DNA of 63,860 nt from a virus (taxonomy: Duplodnaviria > Caudoviricetes), in IMG/VR virus record IMGVR_UViG_3300042881_000493, positions 1 through 63,860 of that record. The stretch is one strand, 5' to 3'. Position 1 is the first letter of the stretch. Every line of letters starts with the position of its first letter. The notes under the pieces were generated by a model. That model saw only the letters and a program-made list of their open reading frames with translations, was not told the DNA's origin and searched no databases. A program made the position numbers and the translations under genes. This document shows, in pieces, positions 1-9,226 of the stretch.

Positions 1-146
1 CATACAGACTGATGCACTTAACTTGTATGTAAGGAATACATCATGGCACGTACTACGTTTCAAGGCCCAGTTCGTTCATTGGGCGGCATTTATCAACAAG
101 GCCCAGCTACTGTTGTGGACATCACAACAAGCACCACACTAAGCCC
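1..146 (+). repeat. Terminal direct repeat, left copy (circular overlap)
   Basis: Matches 63715-63860; identical over 1-107, mismatches at 108, 109, 112, 117 and 139. Confidence 0.95.
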
Positions 147-591
147 CGAAGCTCATGGTGGTCGCATCATCGCTGTTGGTGGTTCTTTGGCAGCGGCAGT
201 CACTTTGACATTACCTGCAATCAATGTTTCAACTAACTCTACAACGTCTGGCCCCGGTCAAGACCCAAGCACAGCCAACAACGAAGGCGTTGTTTACACA
301 ATCTGGGTTCCTACTACTATCTCTACAAGCTCGTTGAAGATTGGTACAACTTCTGGTTCCAGCGATTTGTACGTTGGCGCTGTAATGTCTATTGACTCAG
401 ACACCTCTGGTGCTGTGGTTGCCTTCTCTGCTAACGGTTCTTCCAATGATTTCATCAACTTGAACGGTACAACTACCGGCGGTGTTGCTGGCACATGGAT
501 CCAAATTGTCGCAGTTGCTGCTGACAAGTACATGGTGACTGGAAACGTTATTGGTTCCGGCACTGTTGCTACACCATTCGCAGATTCCTAA
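43..591 (+). CDS. Virion structural protein following the major capsid gene (decoration/fibre-like, S/T/G-rich)
   Basis: AAGGA RBS; beta-rich composition; lies directly after MCP on the circular map. Confidence 0.7.
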   Translation: MARTTFQGPVRSLGGIYQQGPATVVDITTSTTLSPEAHGGRIIAVGGSLAAAVTLTLPAINVSTNSTTSGPGQDPSTANNEGVVYTIWVPTTISTSSLKIGTTSGSSDLYVGAVMSIDSDTSGAVVAFSANGSSNDFINLNGTTTGGVAGTWIQIVAVAADKYMVTGNVIGSGTVATPFADS

Positions 592-600
592 TCAACCCAA

Positions 601-620
601 GGGGCTTCGGCCCCGTTTTT
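601..620 (+). terminator. Rho-independent terminator
   Basis: GGGGC-TTCG-GCCCC hairpin followed by GTTTTT. Confidence 0.75.
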
Positions 621-634
621 AAAGGAGATTGATT

Positions 635-1150
635 ATGACAATGCAATATGACGTAAAACAGGCGCATTTAAATTCTAGCGGGTATCTTGTAAATTACGGT
701 ACACGGGTTAAAGGAATATCTTTTACAGGTGGAGCTTCTGCTGGATATGTAATTTTATTCGATGCTTCAAGCGTTCCCGTATCATCAAGCGTAACGTATG
801 CTCAAAGTGGCAATACCGTAACAGTAACTAAAGTTGCTCATGGACTTACTACCGGCACGAGTATTGGTATTCATTTTGTAGCAAATGGTTCTGGTGTTTC
901 AGCTACTGACGGCACATATATTATCACTAGAACGGGCGCAGATACCTTTACGCTAACCGATATTAACTCACGTACCATTACAAGTACTGCGGCTGTATAT
1001 GCAGTTGGTCGGTGGATTCTTACCTACGAAAGTTTTGCTGGCGATTATTTTAGTAATACGCCGACTATTCCGGGTGAAGGAATACGTGCAAATACATCGG
1101 TATATGCAGAAATTTCCAATATGGATTCAATACAAATTTATTATGGCTAA
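635..1150 (+). CDS. Virion protein with an inserted small beta module
   Basis: AAGGAG RBS before ATG 635; internal VTVTKVAHGLTTG...GTYIITRTGADTFTL module. Confidence 0.65.
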   Translation: MTMQYDVKQAHLNSSGYLVNYGTRVKGISFTGGASAGYVILFDASSVPVSSSVTYAQSGNTVTVTKVAHGLTTGTSIGIHFVANGSGVSATDGTYIITRTGADTFTLTDINSRTITSTAAVYAVGRWILTYESFAGDYFSNTPTIPGEGIRANTSVYAEISNMDSIQIYYG

Positions 1151-1388
1151 GTCTCCAGCATGGCAGAGGAAAGAGGGCAAATCCGAGAAGGGCGGCTTGA
1201 ACGCCAAGGGTCGGGCCTCCGCGAAAGCGCAAGGTATGAACTTGAAACCTCCCCAGCCGGAAGGCGGCTCACGGCGCGACTCCTTTTGTGCAAGGATGAG
1301 TGGCATGAAGAAGAAGCTAACCTCTGCCAAGACAGCCAACGATCCAGATTCACGGATCAATAAAGCATTGAGGGCATGGAATTGTTAG
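1143..1388 (+). CDS. Small basic phage protein (MAKSPAWQRKEGK...RRDSFCARM...ALRAWNC)
   Basis: ATG at 1143 overlaps the upstream gene end; K/R-rich. Confidence 0.75.
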   Translation: MAKSPAWQRKEGKSEKGGLNAKGRASAKAQGMNLKPPQPEGGSRRDSFCARMSGMKKKLTSAKTANDPDSRINKALRAWNC

Positions 1389-1624
1389 ATCTAAACACCG
1401 CTTGGTCTGCTGTCCTGTCTTTAGTGATTGGATTGTTAGGCTATATGATGAATGAAAAGTTCAGGGAACTGGCTCGTGTCACGATCCTGTTGAACAAAAC
1501 ACGCGAGGAGGTTGCCCGTGATAACGTTACTCAAGCAGAAGTGGATCGAATTACGAACCACATTGACCAACGCTTTAACAAACTTGAAGCAAAAATTGAC
1601 CAGCTTATTCAAGCGGGGAAATGA
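1376..1624 (+). CDS. Small membrane-anchored coiled-coil protein
   Basis: N-terminal hydrophobic helix, then heptad-like tail RFNKLEAKIDQL. Confidence 0.7.
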   Translation: MELLDLNTAWSAVLSLVIGLLGYMMNEKFRELARVTILLNKTREEVARDNVTQAEVDRITNHIDQRFNKLEAKIDQLIQAGK

Positions 1625-2112
1625 TGCCGAGCAAAAGTAAAGCGCAACACAATTTCATGGCCGCGATAGCTAATTCGCCATCGTTTGCTAAGAAAGCCGG
1701 AGTGCCTACATCAGTGGGTAAAGACTTTGTAACTGCCGATAAAGGCAAGAAATTTTCTAAAGGTGGCGATATGAAAAAGATGAACATGGGTGGATATGCA
1801 GATGGCGGTATGCCAATGGTTATGAAAGATGGAAAAAAAGTTCCAACTTTTGCTGCTGACGGTGTGGGCAAAATGAAAAAAGGCGGCATGGCTCATGAAG
1901 ATGTCAAGATGGACAAGAAGATGATGCAAAAAGCCGTGAACAAACACGAAGGCCGCCTGCACAAAGGTTCAACTATGACTAAGTTGGCTTCTGGCGGTAT
2001 GGCTCCATCTAAGATGGGCGCTGTTAAAACTGGTAAAACTCCTGATGGTATTGCTACAAAAGGCAAAACTAAAGGAACAATGATTGCCATGAAGCGTGGC
2101 GGAAAGTGCTAA
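1621..2112 (+). CDS. K/G/M-rich basic protein with six xxxGG motifs (putative internal head protein)
   Basis: ATGA overlap; FSKGG, MNMGG, YADGG, MKKGG, LASGG, MKRGG; KGKTKG. Confidence 0.7.
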   Translation: MMPSKSKAQHNFMAAIANSPSFAKKAGVPTSVGKDFVTADKGKKFSKGGDMKKMNMGGYADGGMPMVMKDGKKVPTFAADGVGKMKKGGMAHEDVKMDKKMMQKAVNKHEGRLHKGSTMTKLASGGMAPSKMGAVKTGKTPDGIATKGKTKGTMIAMKRGGKC

Positions 2113-2115
2113 GCC

Positions 2116-2403
2116 ATGAAAAAATACGCTGATGGCGGCATCTATACCGCTGAGATGGGTAAGCCTCCAATGAATCCTGAAAGCGCACCGGCTGCTAAAA
2201 AGCCTATGCCTAAAGCACCTAAGAAACCTGTACCAAAAGATACAGTGTTCCGTGAAGGTATGCCTGTGCCCCAAGACATTGACGGTAGATCTGTCAAAAG
2301 AATGGCCAAAGGCGGCTCAGCTTTTAGTCGTGCTGATGGTTGTATTACCAAAGGTAAAACTAAAGGCACAATGATTACCATGAAAAATGGCGGGATGTGC
2401 TGA
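2116..2403 (+). CDS. Basic protein sharing its C-terminus with the previous gene product
   Basis: DGCITKGKTKGTMITMKNGG versus DGIATKGKTKGTMIAMKRGG. Confidence 0.7.
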   Translation: MKKYADGGIYTAEMGKPPMNPESAPAAKKPMPKAPKKPVPKDTVFREGMPVPQDIDGRSVKRMAKGGSAFSRADGCITKGKTKGTMITMKNGGMC

Positions 2404-2404
2404 T

Positions 2405-2578
2405 ATGACGGCCTCAAAAACTTCAGTAGTTAAGTCTTTAAAAAAAGCTGGATTCTATGAGGCTCCAAAACCTAAACGTCTTAGCATTATTAATAAAGTT
2501 ACAACCAAACCTCAACGGATAGAGATGGTTGATAAATTATTTTTAGCTAAGAAGAAAAGTAAGGGTAACGCAAAATGA
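2405..2578 (+). CDS. Small lysine-rich hypothetical protein
   Basis: Fills the gap in a tightly packed operon; ATGA overlap with the next gene. Confidence 0.55.
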   Translation: MTASKTSVVKSLKKAGFYEAPKPKRLSIINKVTTKPQRIEMVDKLFLAKKKSKGNAK

Positions 2579-2850
2579 TGGCTAGCCGTGGAATGGGAGC
2601 AATATCTCCCAGTAAAATGCCAAAAGGAAAGCGTAAAGCTCGCCGCGATAATACTGACTTTACGCAGTATGCAGAGGGCGGTAAAGTCAATGCTGCTGGT
2701 AACTATACAAAGCCAGATTTGCGTAAGCGAATTGTGTCTCAAGTAAAAGCCGCAGCAACGCACGGTACTGGCGCTGGTCAATGGTCTGCTCGTAAAGCTC
2801 AACTTGTAGCTAAAAAATACAAGGACGCTGGTGGAGGATATAGAGATTGA
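2575..2850 (+). CDS. Small basic phage protein (MMASRGMGAI...GQWSARKAQL)
   Basis: Coupled overlaps at both ends; YAEGG motif. Confidence 0.7.
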   Translation: MMASRGMGAISPSKMPKGKRKARRDNTDFTQYAEGGKVNAAGNYTKPDLRKRIVSQVKAAATHGTGAGQWSARKAQLVAKKYKDAGGGYRD

Positions 2851-3080
2851 AAGCCCCTCAAAAATCGCTCAAGGATTGGGGCGACCAGAAATGGCGCACT
2901 AAGTCTGGTAAGCCGTCAAGTAAGACGGGGGAGCGGTATTTGCCTGAAGCGGCTATTAAGTCTTTGTCTCCGCAAGAATATGCGGCTACAACCAAAGCCA
3001 AACGTGCTGGCAAAGCATCTGGTAAACAGTTTGTAGCTCAACCTAAAGCAATAGCAAAGAAAACGGCAGGATTTAGATGA
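2847..3080 (+). CDS. Small basic phage protein (QKSLKDWGDQKWRTKSGK...TGERYLP)
   Basis: TTG start overlapping the upstream stop; GGAGG upstream. Confidence 0.7.
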   Translation: MKAPQKSLKDWGDQKWRTKSGKPSSKTGERYLPEAAIKSLSPQEYAATTKAKRAGKASGKQFVAQPKAIAKKTAGFR

Positions 3081-4003
3081 CCACTACCGGCTCAACCCTA
3101 TTCAATATGGATTTCACGGAGATCGCTGAAGAGGCGTGGGAGCGGGCTGGTCGTGAAATGCGTTCTGGTTATGATCTTAGAACTGCCCGGCGGTCGATGA
3201 ATCTAATGACCATTGAGTGGCAATCCAAGGGTATCAACATGTGGACGATGGAGCAGGGGATCATTAACTTGACCCCCGGCTTGGCTACTTATGCACTACC
3301 TACAGATACCATTGATTTGTTAGAACATGTTATTCGTACTGGATCTAATACAGCTTCTACTCAAGCTGATTTGACTATTACACGTATTAGTGTTTCTACC
3401 TATGCAACAATACCAAACAAGTTACAACAGGCGCGACCGATTCAAGTATGGATCCAGCGGTTATCTGGCGAGACAAATCCTACAAATGCTGTACTTGATG
3501 GTGCTCTTACCTCTACAGACACTACGATCACACTTAGCACGGTGGTTGGGTTAGCTGGATCTGGGTTTATCCGGCTAGGTACTGAAGATATTTACTATAC
3601 TTATGTATCAGGGAATACCCTTGGTGGTGTATTCCGTGGACAGAATAACACGACAGCCGCTGCTCAAGCAGATGGTACTGCGGTGTTTGTGCCACAACTT
3701 CCTTCGGTAACTGTGTGGCCTACGCCAGATAACAGCACACCTTACCAATTTGTTTACTACCGACTGCGTAGAGTGCAAGATGCTGGCGCTGGTGTAGAAA
3801 CTGCTGACATGAACTTCCGCTTCCTGCCTTGTTTGGTAGCTGGTTTGGCGTACCACATTGCTATTAAAGTGCCTGAATTGATGCCTCGCATTCAGATGCT
3901 TAAACAGATTTACGATGAAACCTTTGAGATTGCCGCAGGTGAAGACCGCGAGAAAGCAGCGATTAGGTTTGTTCCTCGTCAGATGTTTATTGGTAGCACG
4001 TAA
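3077..4003 (+). CDS. Putative head-tail adaptor / tail tubular protein A-like, with beta insertion
   Basis: ARRSMNLMTIEW...GINMWT and FRFLPCLVAGLAY motifs; position in the virion operon. Confidence 0.6.
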   Translation: MTTTGSTLFNMDFTEIAEEAWERAGREMRSGYDLRTARRSMNLMTIEWQSKGINMWTMEQGIINLTPGLATYALPTDTIDLLEHVIRTGSNTASTQADLTITRISVSTYATIPNKLQQARPIQVWIQRLSGETNPTNAVLDGALTSTDTTITLSTVVGLAGSGFIRLGTEDIYYTYVSGNTLGGVFRGQNNTTAAAQADGTAVFVPQLPSVTVWPTPDNSTPYQFVYYRLRRVQDAGAGVETADMNFRFLPCLVAGLAYHIAIKVPELMPRIQMLKQIYDETFEIAAGEDREKAAIRFVPRQMFIGST

Positions 4004-4386
4004 TGGGAAATAGGTTTGCATCCGGCAAGATAGCGATTGCTGAATGTGATCGCTGTGGGCAACAGTATCAATTGAAGGCGCTTAAGACTGAGATCATTAA
4101 GCAGCGTAAATATCAGTTGTTGGTATGTCCAGAATGCTGGGATCCAGATCAGCCACAGTTGATGCTTGGAACGTTTCCTGTGGACGATCCACAAGCTTTG
4201 CGTAACCCACGTAAAGACACAACGTATGTCACTTCAGGCGTTAATGCTGCTGGTAATTTATCAGGTGGTTCGCGGAACATTCAATGGGGCTGGAATCCAG
4301 TAGGTGGAGCCAGTTTAAATGATGCAGGATTGACACCAAACTACTTGGTGGCAACGACATTTGTTGGTACAGTTACAGTATCTTAA
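4003..4386 (+). CDS. Conserved phage protein with a zinc-ribbon-like motif
   Basis: CDRCG...VCPECWDPDQPQL. Confidence 0.7.
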   Translation: MGNRFASGKIAIAECDRCGQQYQLKALKTEIIKQRKYQLLVCPECWDPDQPQLMLGTFPVDDPQALRNPRKDTTYVTSGVNAAGNLSGGSRNIQWGWNPVGGASLNDAGLTPNYLVATTFVGTVTVS

Positions 4387-4396
4387 GGAGATTAAA

Positions 4397-4585
4397 ATGG
4401 CATATACAAAATCAGCCGACGGCATTGCTAAAAAGGGTAAGACTGAGGGTAAAAACCTTGGTGATAGTGGCCCTGTTGCTGCCATGATGCATGGCGGAAA
4501 AGGCAAAGGTAAGGGTAAAACCAATGCCGATATGAAGACTATGGGTCGTAACTTGGCAAAGATTGCCGCACAGAAACGAGGTTAA
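4397..4585 (+). CDS. Small basic protein
   Basis: AAGGAG RBS; ADGIAKKGKTEG, KTNADMKTMGRNLAK. Confidence 0.7.
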   Translation: MAYTKSADGIAKKGKTEGKNLGDSGPVAAMMHGGKGKGKGKTNADMKTMGRNLAKIAAQKRG

Positions 4586-4587
4586 TC

Positions 4588-4851
4588 ATGGCTACATTCA
4601 GCAAAAAAATGATGGGTAAAGAAGTTGGCGATGCCAAGGTCTATGCCACGCCACACACAATGACTGGTAAAGTTGTTAAAGCTACTGACAACCCCGGTTC
4701 TGGCCCTGACCACAGTGATGCTAATACAGTCAATATGTCTGTAGGTAACATTAATCGTCGTCCTCAGCCGGCTACCAAGACATCTGGTATCAAGATGCGT
4801 GGTGCAGGCGCGGCGACTAAAGGTGTTATGTCACGAGGCCCAATGGCCTAA
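4588..4851 (+). CDS. Small basic protein
   Basis: KTSGIKMRGAGAATKGVMSRGPMA C-terminus; operon position. Confidence 0.7.
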   Translation: MATFSKKMMGKEVGDAKVYATPHTMTGKVVKATDNPGSGPDHSDANTVNMSVGNINRRPQPATKTSGIKMRGAGAATKGVMSRGPMA

Positions 4852-4860
4852 AGGTTACTT

Positions 4861-5712
4861 ATGCCAATGACTTACGCTCAACTTGTTGCTGCTGTAGTTG
4901 ACTACACGCAGAACACGTTTGACACGACTGCAATCAATACAATGATTAAGCAGGCGGAGCAGCGCATCTATAACACGGTGCAGATTGCTAACTTGCGTAA
5001 GAACGTAACAGGTGTATTGGCAACTGGTAATAAGTACTTGGCTTGTCCAGAAGACTTTTTGTCAACATACAGTCTAGCCATATACCCATATAACGCTACT
5101 ACGGCCACCGGAACTGCTGGTCAAAAGACCATTGTTGTGGCTAGTGCAACAGGTATTGCGGCGGGACAGCAAGTCACTGGTACAAACATTGGTACTAACG
5201 CCATCGTTCGTAGCATTAGCGGAACGACAGTTACTTTAACTGTTGCTAATAGCGGTACGGTGAACGGCGCAGTGGTGTTTCAAGGTGACTATCTGTACTT
5301 GCTAAACAAAGATGTGAACTTTATTCGTGAAGCTTATCCTTTAAGTGCAGTGTCATCTGAGCCTAAGCACTACGCCATCTTTGGCCCGCAGTCAGCTAAC
5401 GTGAATGAGTTGTCGTTTATTCTTGGCCCTACGCCTAATGCTAACTACTATGCAGAACTGCATTACTACTACTATCCAGAATCTATTGTTACTGCTTTGA
5501 CTACGTGGTTAGGTGATAACTTTGACTCAGCATTGCTGTATGGCACTTTGTCTGAGGCTGGAACTTACATGAAGAGCGCACCGGAAGACGGCATGTATAA
5601 ACTGTACCAAGAACGGTACGTTCAAGCTATTGCACTTCTCAAGAACTTGGGTGATGGTAAACAACGTGCTGATGCTTATCGTGATGGTCAGGTTAGGGTT
5701 GCAGTATCATGA
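4861..5712 (+). CDS. Putative head-tail connector / adaptor protein, with beta insertion
   Basis: MTYAQL...IKQAEQRIYN, LGPTP...ELHYYYYPESI, TWLGDNFDSALLYG. Confidence 0.65.
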   Translation: MPMTYAQLVAAVVDYTQNTFDTTAINTMIKQAEQRIYNTVQIANLRKNVTGVLATGNKYLACPEDFLSTYSLAIYPYNATTATGTAGQKTIVVASATGIAAGQQVTGTNIGTNAIVRSISGTTVTLTVANSGTVNGAVVFQGDYLYLLNKDVNFIREAYPLSAVSSEPKHYAIFGPQSANVNELSFILGPTPNANYYAELHYYYYPESIVTALTTWLGDNFDSALLYGTLSEAGTYMKSAPEDGMYKLYQERYVQAIALLKNLGDGKQRADAYRDGQVRVAVS

Positions 5713-6128
5713 GTAGTATTGTCCAAACTCAAACGACTAGCTTTAAAAAAGAGCTATATACAGGCGTTCATAACCTATCTACCAATACGTTAAAGATTGC
5801 CCTGTATACGGCTAATGCTAATTTAAACGAAGCTACCACTGCATATTCTTCTGTAAATGAAGTTAGTGGGGGTGGTTATACCCTTGGCGGCGTAACGCTG
5901 ACTGGCGTAACCATTAGCTCATCTGGATATACAGCTTTTGTAGACTTTGCTGATGTGGTGTTTAACGCATCGGTTACGGCTCGTTGTGCACTAATTTATA
6001 ACGATACCGTTGTCGGTAAACCATCTATTGCTGTGTTGGACTTTGGGTCTGACAAAACATCTACCAATTTCACCATCACAATGCCTGCTAACACAGCGAC
6101 AGCAGCATTAATTCGTTCTTCCAATTAA
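5709..6128 (+). CDS. Putative tail structural protein
   Basis: TSFKKEL...LKIALYT...VLDFGSDKT; operon position. Confidence 0.6.
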   Translation: MSSIVQTQTTSFKKELYTGVHNLSTNTLKIALYTANANLNEATTAYSSVNEVSGGGYTLGGVTLTGVTISSSGYTAFVDFADVVFNASVTARCALIYNDTVVGKPSIAVLDFGSDKTSTNFTITMPANTATAALIRSSN

Positions 6129-6138
6129 GGAGCTTCCC

Positions 6139-6708
6139 ATGACTATGGACAAAATTACCGCTACAGATAAAGTGGAAGCGGTTACTAAATACAACACAAT
6201 GCCTGCTGATACTATGGGTATTGGTGGCCATTACACGGCTGTTTGCTACAGCGTTGATGGCTTTATTAAGTGGACTGATGAGATTGAAAACATCGTTACA
6301 ACTGTAGGTCGTAACTTTACTTTAGATACTGCCTTTGGTAACACCGCTGGTGGTGCTGTGGTGATGGGTTTAAAGGGTACTGGTACAGCGGTAGCTGCTG
6401 ACACTCAAGCTTCCCACGCAAGCTGGTTAGAGGTAGGTGGCACCAACGCCCCTGCTTATTCTGGTAATCGTCCTACGCCTTCGTTTAGTGCGGCTTCTGC
6501 GGGTAGCAAAGCTACGTCTTCTGCTGTGTCATTTTCCATGACTAGCTCTGGTACTGTAGCTGGTTGTTTTATCAACATTGGCGGTAGCTCAACTAAAGAT
6601 TCAACCACTGGAACATTGTTTTCTGCTGGTGATTTTTCTAGTTCTAAGTCTGTGGTTAACGGCGACACCATTGCGGTTACTTATACTGCTACATTGACAG
6701 CAACCTAA
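6139..6708 (+). CDS. Putative tail structural protein
   Basis: AAGGAG RBS; WTDEIENIVTTVG, GTLFSAGDF...VVNGDTIAVTY. Confidence 0.6.
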   Translation: MTMDKITATDKVEAVTKYNTMPADTMGIGGHYTAVCYSVDGFIKWTDEIENIVTTVGRNFTLDTAFGNTAGGAVVMGLKGTGTAVAADTQASHASWLEVGGTNAPAYSGNRPTPSFSAASAGSKATSSAVSFSMTSSGTVAGCFINIGGSSTKDSTTGTLFSAGDFSSSKSVVNGDTIAVTYTATLTAT

Positions 6709-6709
6709 A

Positions 6710-7486
6710 ATGGCAACCGGCTGGGGTGATCTTGCTTGGGGTGATGGCTACTGGGGTGGCTCGGATGTCTTCGAGGTAGCCGTAACAGAAACTATAGCAA
6801 TCACCACATCCGAGGCGGCAACAGCCAGTTTTGGTGTCTCTATTACGGAGACAGCGGCATATACAGAAGCTCAAGCAGTATTAGCAACCTTTGTTGTATC
6901 TAGGACAGAATCTGCGGAATACACAGAAGTCCAAGAAGTAGCTGCCACTTTTGCTCAGAGCATTACGGAAAGTGCTTCTATTGCAGATACTAATGCGGCG
7001 GCAACGGCTTACACAGCCAGCGTATTAGATACTGCGGCCATTAGTTCTGCTGAGTCAGCTACTGCAAACTTCCCTGTATCTGTTACAGAAAATGCCAATA
7101 TTGCCACAGTAGAACAAGCTGTAGCTTTGTTTGTAGCTGACATTACTGAGTCTATTAGCGTAGCCGAGGTAGCTCTTGCCACCTTGATTATGACGATCAA
7201 TGAGTCAATGTCGGTTTTAGACAGCACTACAGTCGGTACGTTTTATACAGAATTTCTTAATGAATCTGCATCTATTAGTGACAGCCCAACTGCAATAACT
7301 GGGTATGGCGTAAATAGAACTGAGACAATGGCAATAACTTCCACAGAATTTGGTAGAAATTTGTGGGAAGTTATAGATGACACAGAGGCCGCAAACTGGC
7401 AAAATATCAGCAATCCGCAAACACCGGGCTGGGCTGCTGTTGACAATACAGAATCACCCGGTTGGACACAAATTTCTACTCAGTAG
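6710..7486 (+). CDS. Acidic A/T/S/E-rich structural protein
   Basis: GWGDLAWGDGYWGG N-terminus; periodic (I/V)TE(T/S)A segments; Trp-spaced C-terminus. Confidence 0.6.
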   Translation: MATGWGDLAWGDGYWGGSDVFEVAVTETIAITTSEAATASFGVSITETAAYTEAQAVLATFVVSRTESAEYTEVQEVAATFAQSITESASIADTNAAATAYTASVLDTAAISSAESATANFPVSVTENANIATVEQAVALFVADITESISVAEVALATLIMTINESMSVLDSTTVGTFYTEFLNESASISDSPTAITGYGVNRTETMAITSTEFGRNLWEVIDDTEAANWQNISNPQTPGWAAVDNTESPGWTQISTQ

Positions 7487-7495
7487 GAGAATTAA

Positions 7496-8311
7496 ATGGC
7501 AAACACATCGCTAATTGGACTAACCCTCCCAGTACAAGGAACTCTATCCGGTAGTTGGGGTAATACGGTTAACAACGCGATCTCCCAGATTGTGGACGTT
7601 GCCGTTGCTGGCACACAGACAATTACGGTTGATACAGACATTAACTTGGCGGTTACAGTAGGCACTGATTCAAGCACAGGTTTAACAGCCAATAGCTCTC
7701 AGTACGCAGTTCTCTTGTGTACAGGCGCACGTACAGCACTGCGATTTATCAACACCCCCAAGCAGTCTAAGACCTACGTTGTTATTAACGATACGACAGG
7801 CGGTTTTGCGGTAACAGTTCGTGGTGGCCCCTCAACCCCTACAACGGGCGTAACGGTAGCTGCTGGTACACGGGCAATCATTGCTTGGAACGGTTCTGAC
7901 TTTGTGAATGTGGGCGGTGGCTCTGCTGGTGGCTCTAACACACAGGTTCAGTTCAACAGTTCTGGCTCATTTGGTGGTTCTGCTAACCTGACATTTGACG
8001 GCACAACGCTGACGGCCAATGATTTAATTGACTCTTCGCTAACAGCCAGCAAGCCTGTATTTACAAATGGCACTAAAAACTTGGTGTCTACTGGAACGCT
8101 TGGTGTGGATCAAGGCGGTACCGGCCTTACTACTTTGACTGCTAATAACGTCATTCTGGGTAATGGAACATCAACACCAACTTTTGTAGCACCTAGCACA
8201 GCAGGTAATGTTTTGACTTCTAATGGCACAACGTGGGCATCCACTGCTCCGGCGGCTTCTGGCGCTACCAAAGGTCAGGCAATCGCTTTCTCAATCGTAT
8301 TCGGTCTGTAA
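7496..8311 (+). CDS. Tail fibre-like protein
   Basis: GGSNTQVQFNSSGSFGGSANLTFDG and GVDQGGTGLTT...GNVLTSNGTTW fibre motifs. Confidence 0.65.
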   Translation: MANTSLIGLTLPVQGTLSGSWGNTVNNAISQIVDVAVAGTQTITVDTDINLAVTVGTDSSTGLTANSSQYAVLLCTGARTALRFINTPKQSKTYVVINDTTGGFAVTVRGGPSTPTTGVTVAAGTRAIIAWNGSDFVNVGGGSAGGSNTQVQFNSSGSFGGSANLTFDGTTLTANDLIDSSLTASKPVFTNGTKNLVSTGTLGVDQGGTGLTTLTANNVILGNGTSTPTFVAPSTAGNVLTSNGTTWASTAPAASGATKGQAIAFSIVFGL

Positions 8312-8320
8312 AGAATTATC

Positions 8321-8824
8321 ATGGAACTTACCCAAGAAATGGTTAAAAAGATGTTTGACTACCGTGCAGACGGTGAGTTGATTCGTCGCCATTCTATAAT
8401 GGGTAATGGTAACTATGCTGGTGCTGTGGTTGGTACAAAACCAACAGGCGCTCGTAACTTCAGATACAGTACAACTAAAATTCATGGTGAGCATTGGTGT
8501 GTTCACAAGCTAATTTATCTGTATCATCATGGAGTGGTTCCAGATCAATTGGATCACATTAATCGGGACTCGACTGATAACAGAATAGAAAATTTGCGTC
8601 CTGCCAATTCATCTGAGAATACCCGTAACCGCAGATTGTTTTCAAACAACACATCTGGCTGTAAGGGAGTTACATGGAATAAGCGCATAAAAAAATGGCA
8701 GTCTTATGTATCAATGAATTCAAAGACAAAACATCTTGGTTATTTTGAAGATTTAGAATTGGCAGACCTTGTTTCAACTGAAGCCCGTGATCTATATCAT
8801 GGCAAATACGCAACTCATGCGTGA
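8321..8824 (+). CDS. Freestanding HNH homing endonuclease with a C-terminal AP2-like domain
   Basis: LDHINRDSTDNRIENLR HNH motif; NNTSGCKGVTW...HLGYF...YHGKYA AP2-like tail. Confidence 0.9.
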   Translation: MELTQEMVKKMFDYRADGELIRRHSIMGNGNYAGAVVGTKPTGARNFRYSTTKIHGEHWCVHKLIYLYHHGVVPDQLDHINRDSTDNRIENLRPANSSENTRNRRLFSNNTSGCKGVTWNKRIKKWQSYVSMNSKTKHLGYFEDLELADLVSTEARDLYHGKYATHA

Positions 8825-8836
8825 AGGAGATATATC

Positions 8837-9214
8837 ATCGCAAATCCCAACATAGTTAACGTCACGACCCTAACGGGCAATACAACGTATCTAACGCCCG
8901 GCAATACAACAGCTAACACTCTGCTGTCTAACGCTGCATCTTCTGGTCTGGTCTTTAAGATCAACCAGATTGTGTGTGCTAATGTGAACGGCTCAAGTGC
9001 AGTAAATGCAACGGTAGCAATTAACAACCAAGCTGCCGGCGCAGGTACAAACTACCCAATCATCTCTACGATCTCAGTGCCTGCTAGTGCATCTGTGATT
9101 GCAGTGGATAAGACAACGGCTGTGTACCTGATGGAGAACTCATCCATTGTGGTGACATCTGGTACATCTAGCGGTATCACTTACACGATCTCATACGAGA
9201 GCATCGCCAGTTAA
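8837..9214 (+). CDS. Tail-associated structural protein; apparent ATC start (xANPNIVNVTT...)
   Basis: AAGGAGA RBS ends 6 nt before ATC 8837; frame open to TAA 9214, extending the 8972 ORF by 45 codons. Confidence 0.7.
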   Translation: MANPNIVNVTTLTGNTTYLTPGNTTANTLLSNAASSGLVFKINQIVCANVNGSSAVNATVAINNQAAGAGTNYPIISTISVPASASVIAVDKTTAVYLMENSSIVVTSGTSSGITYTISYESIAS

Positions 9215-9226
9215 GCGGGGAACAGT

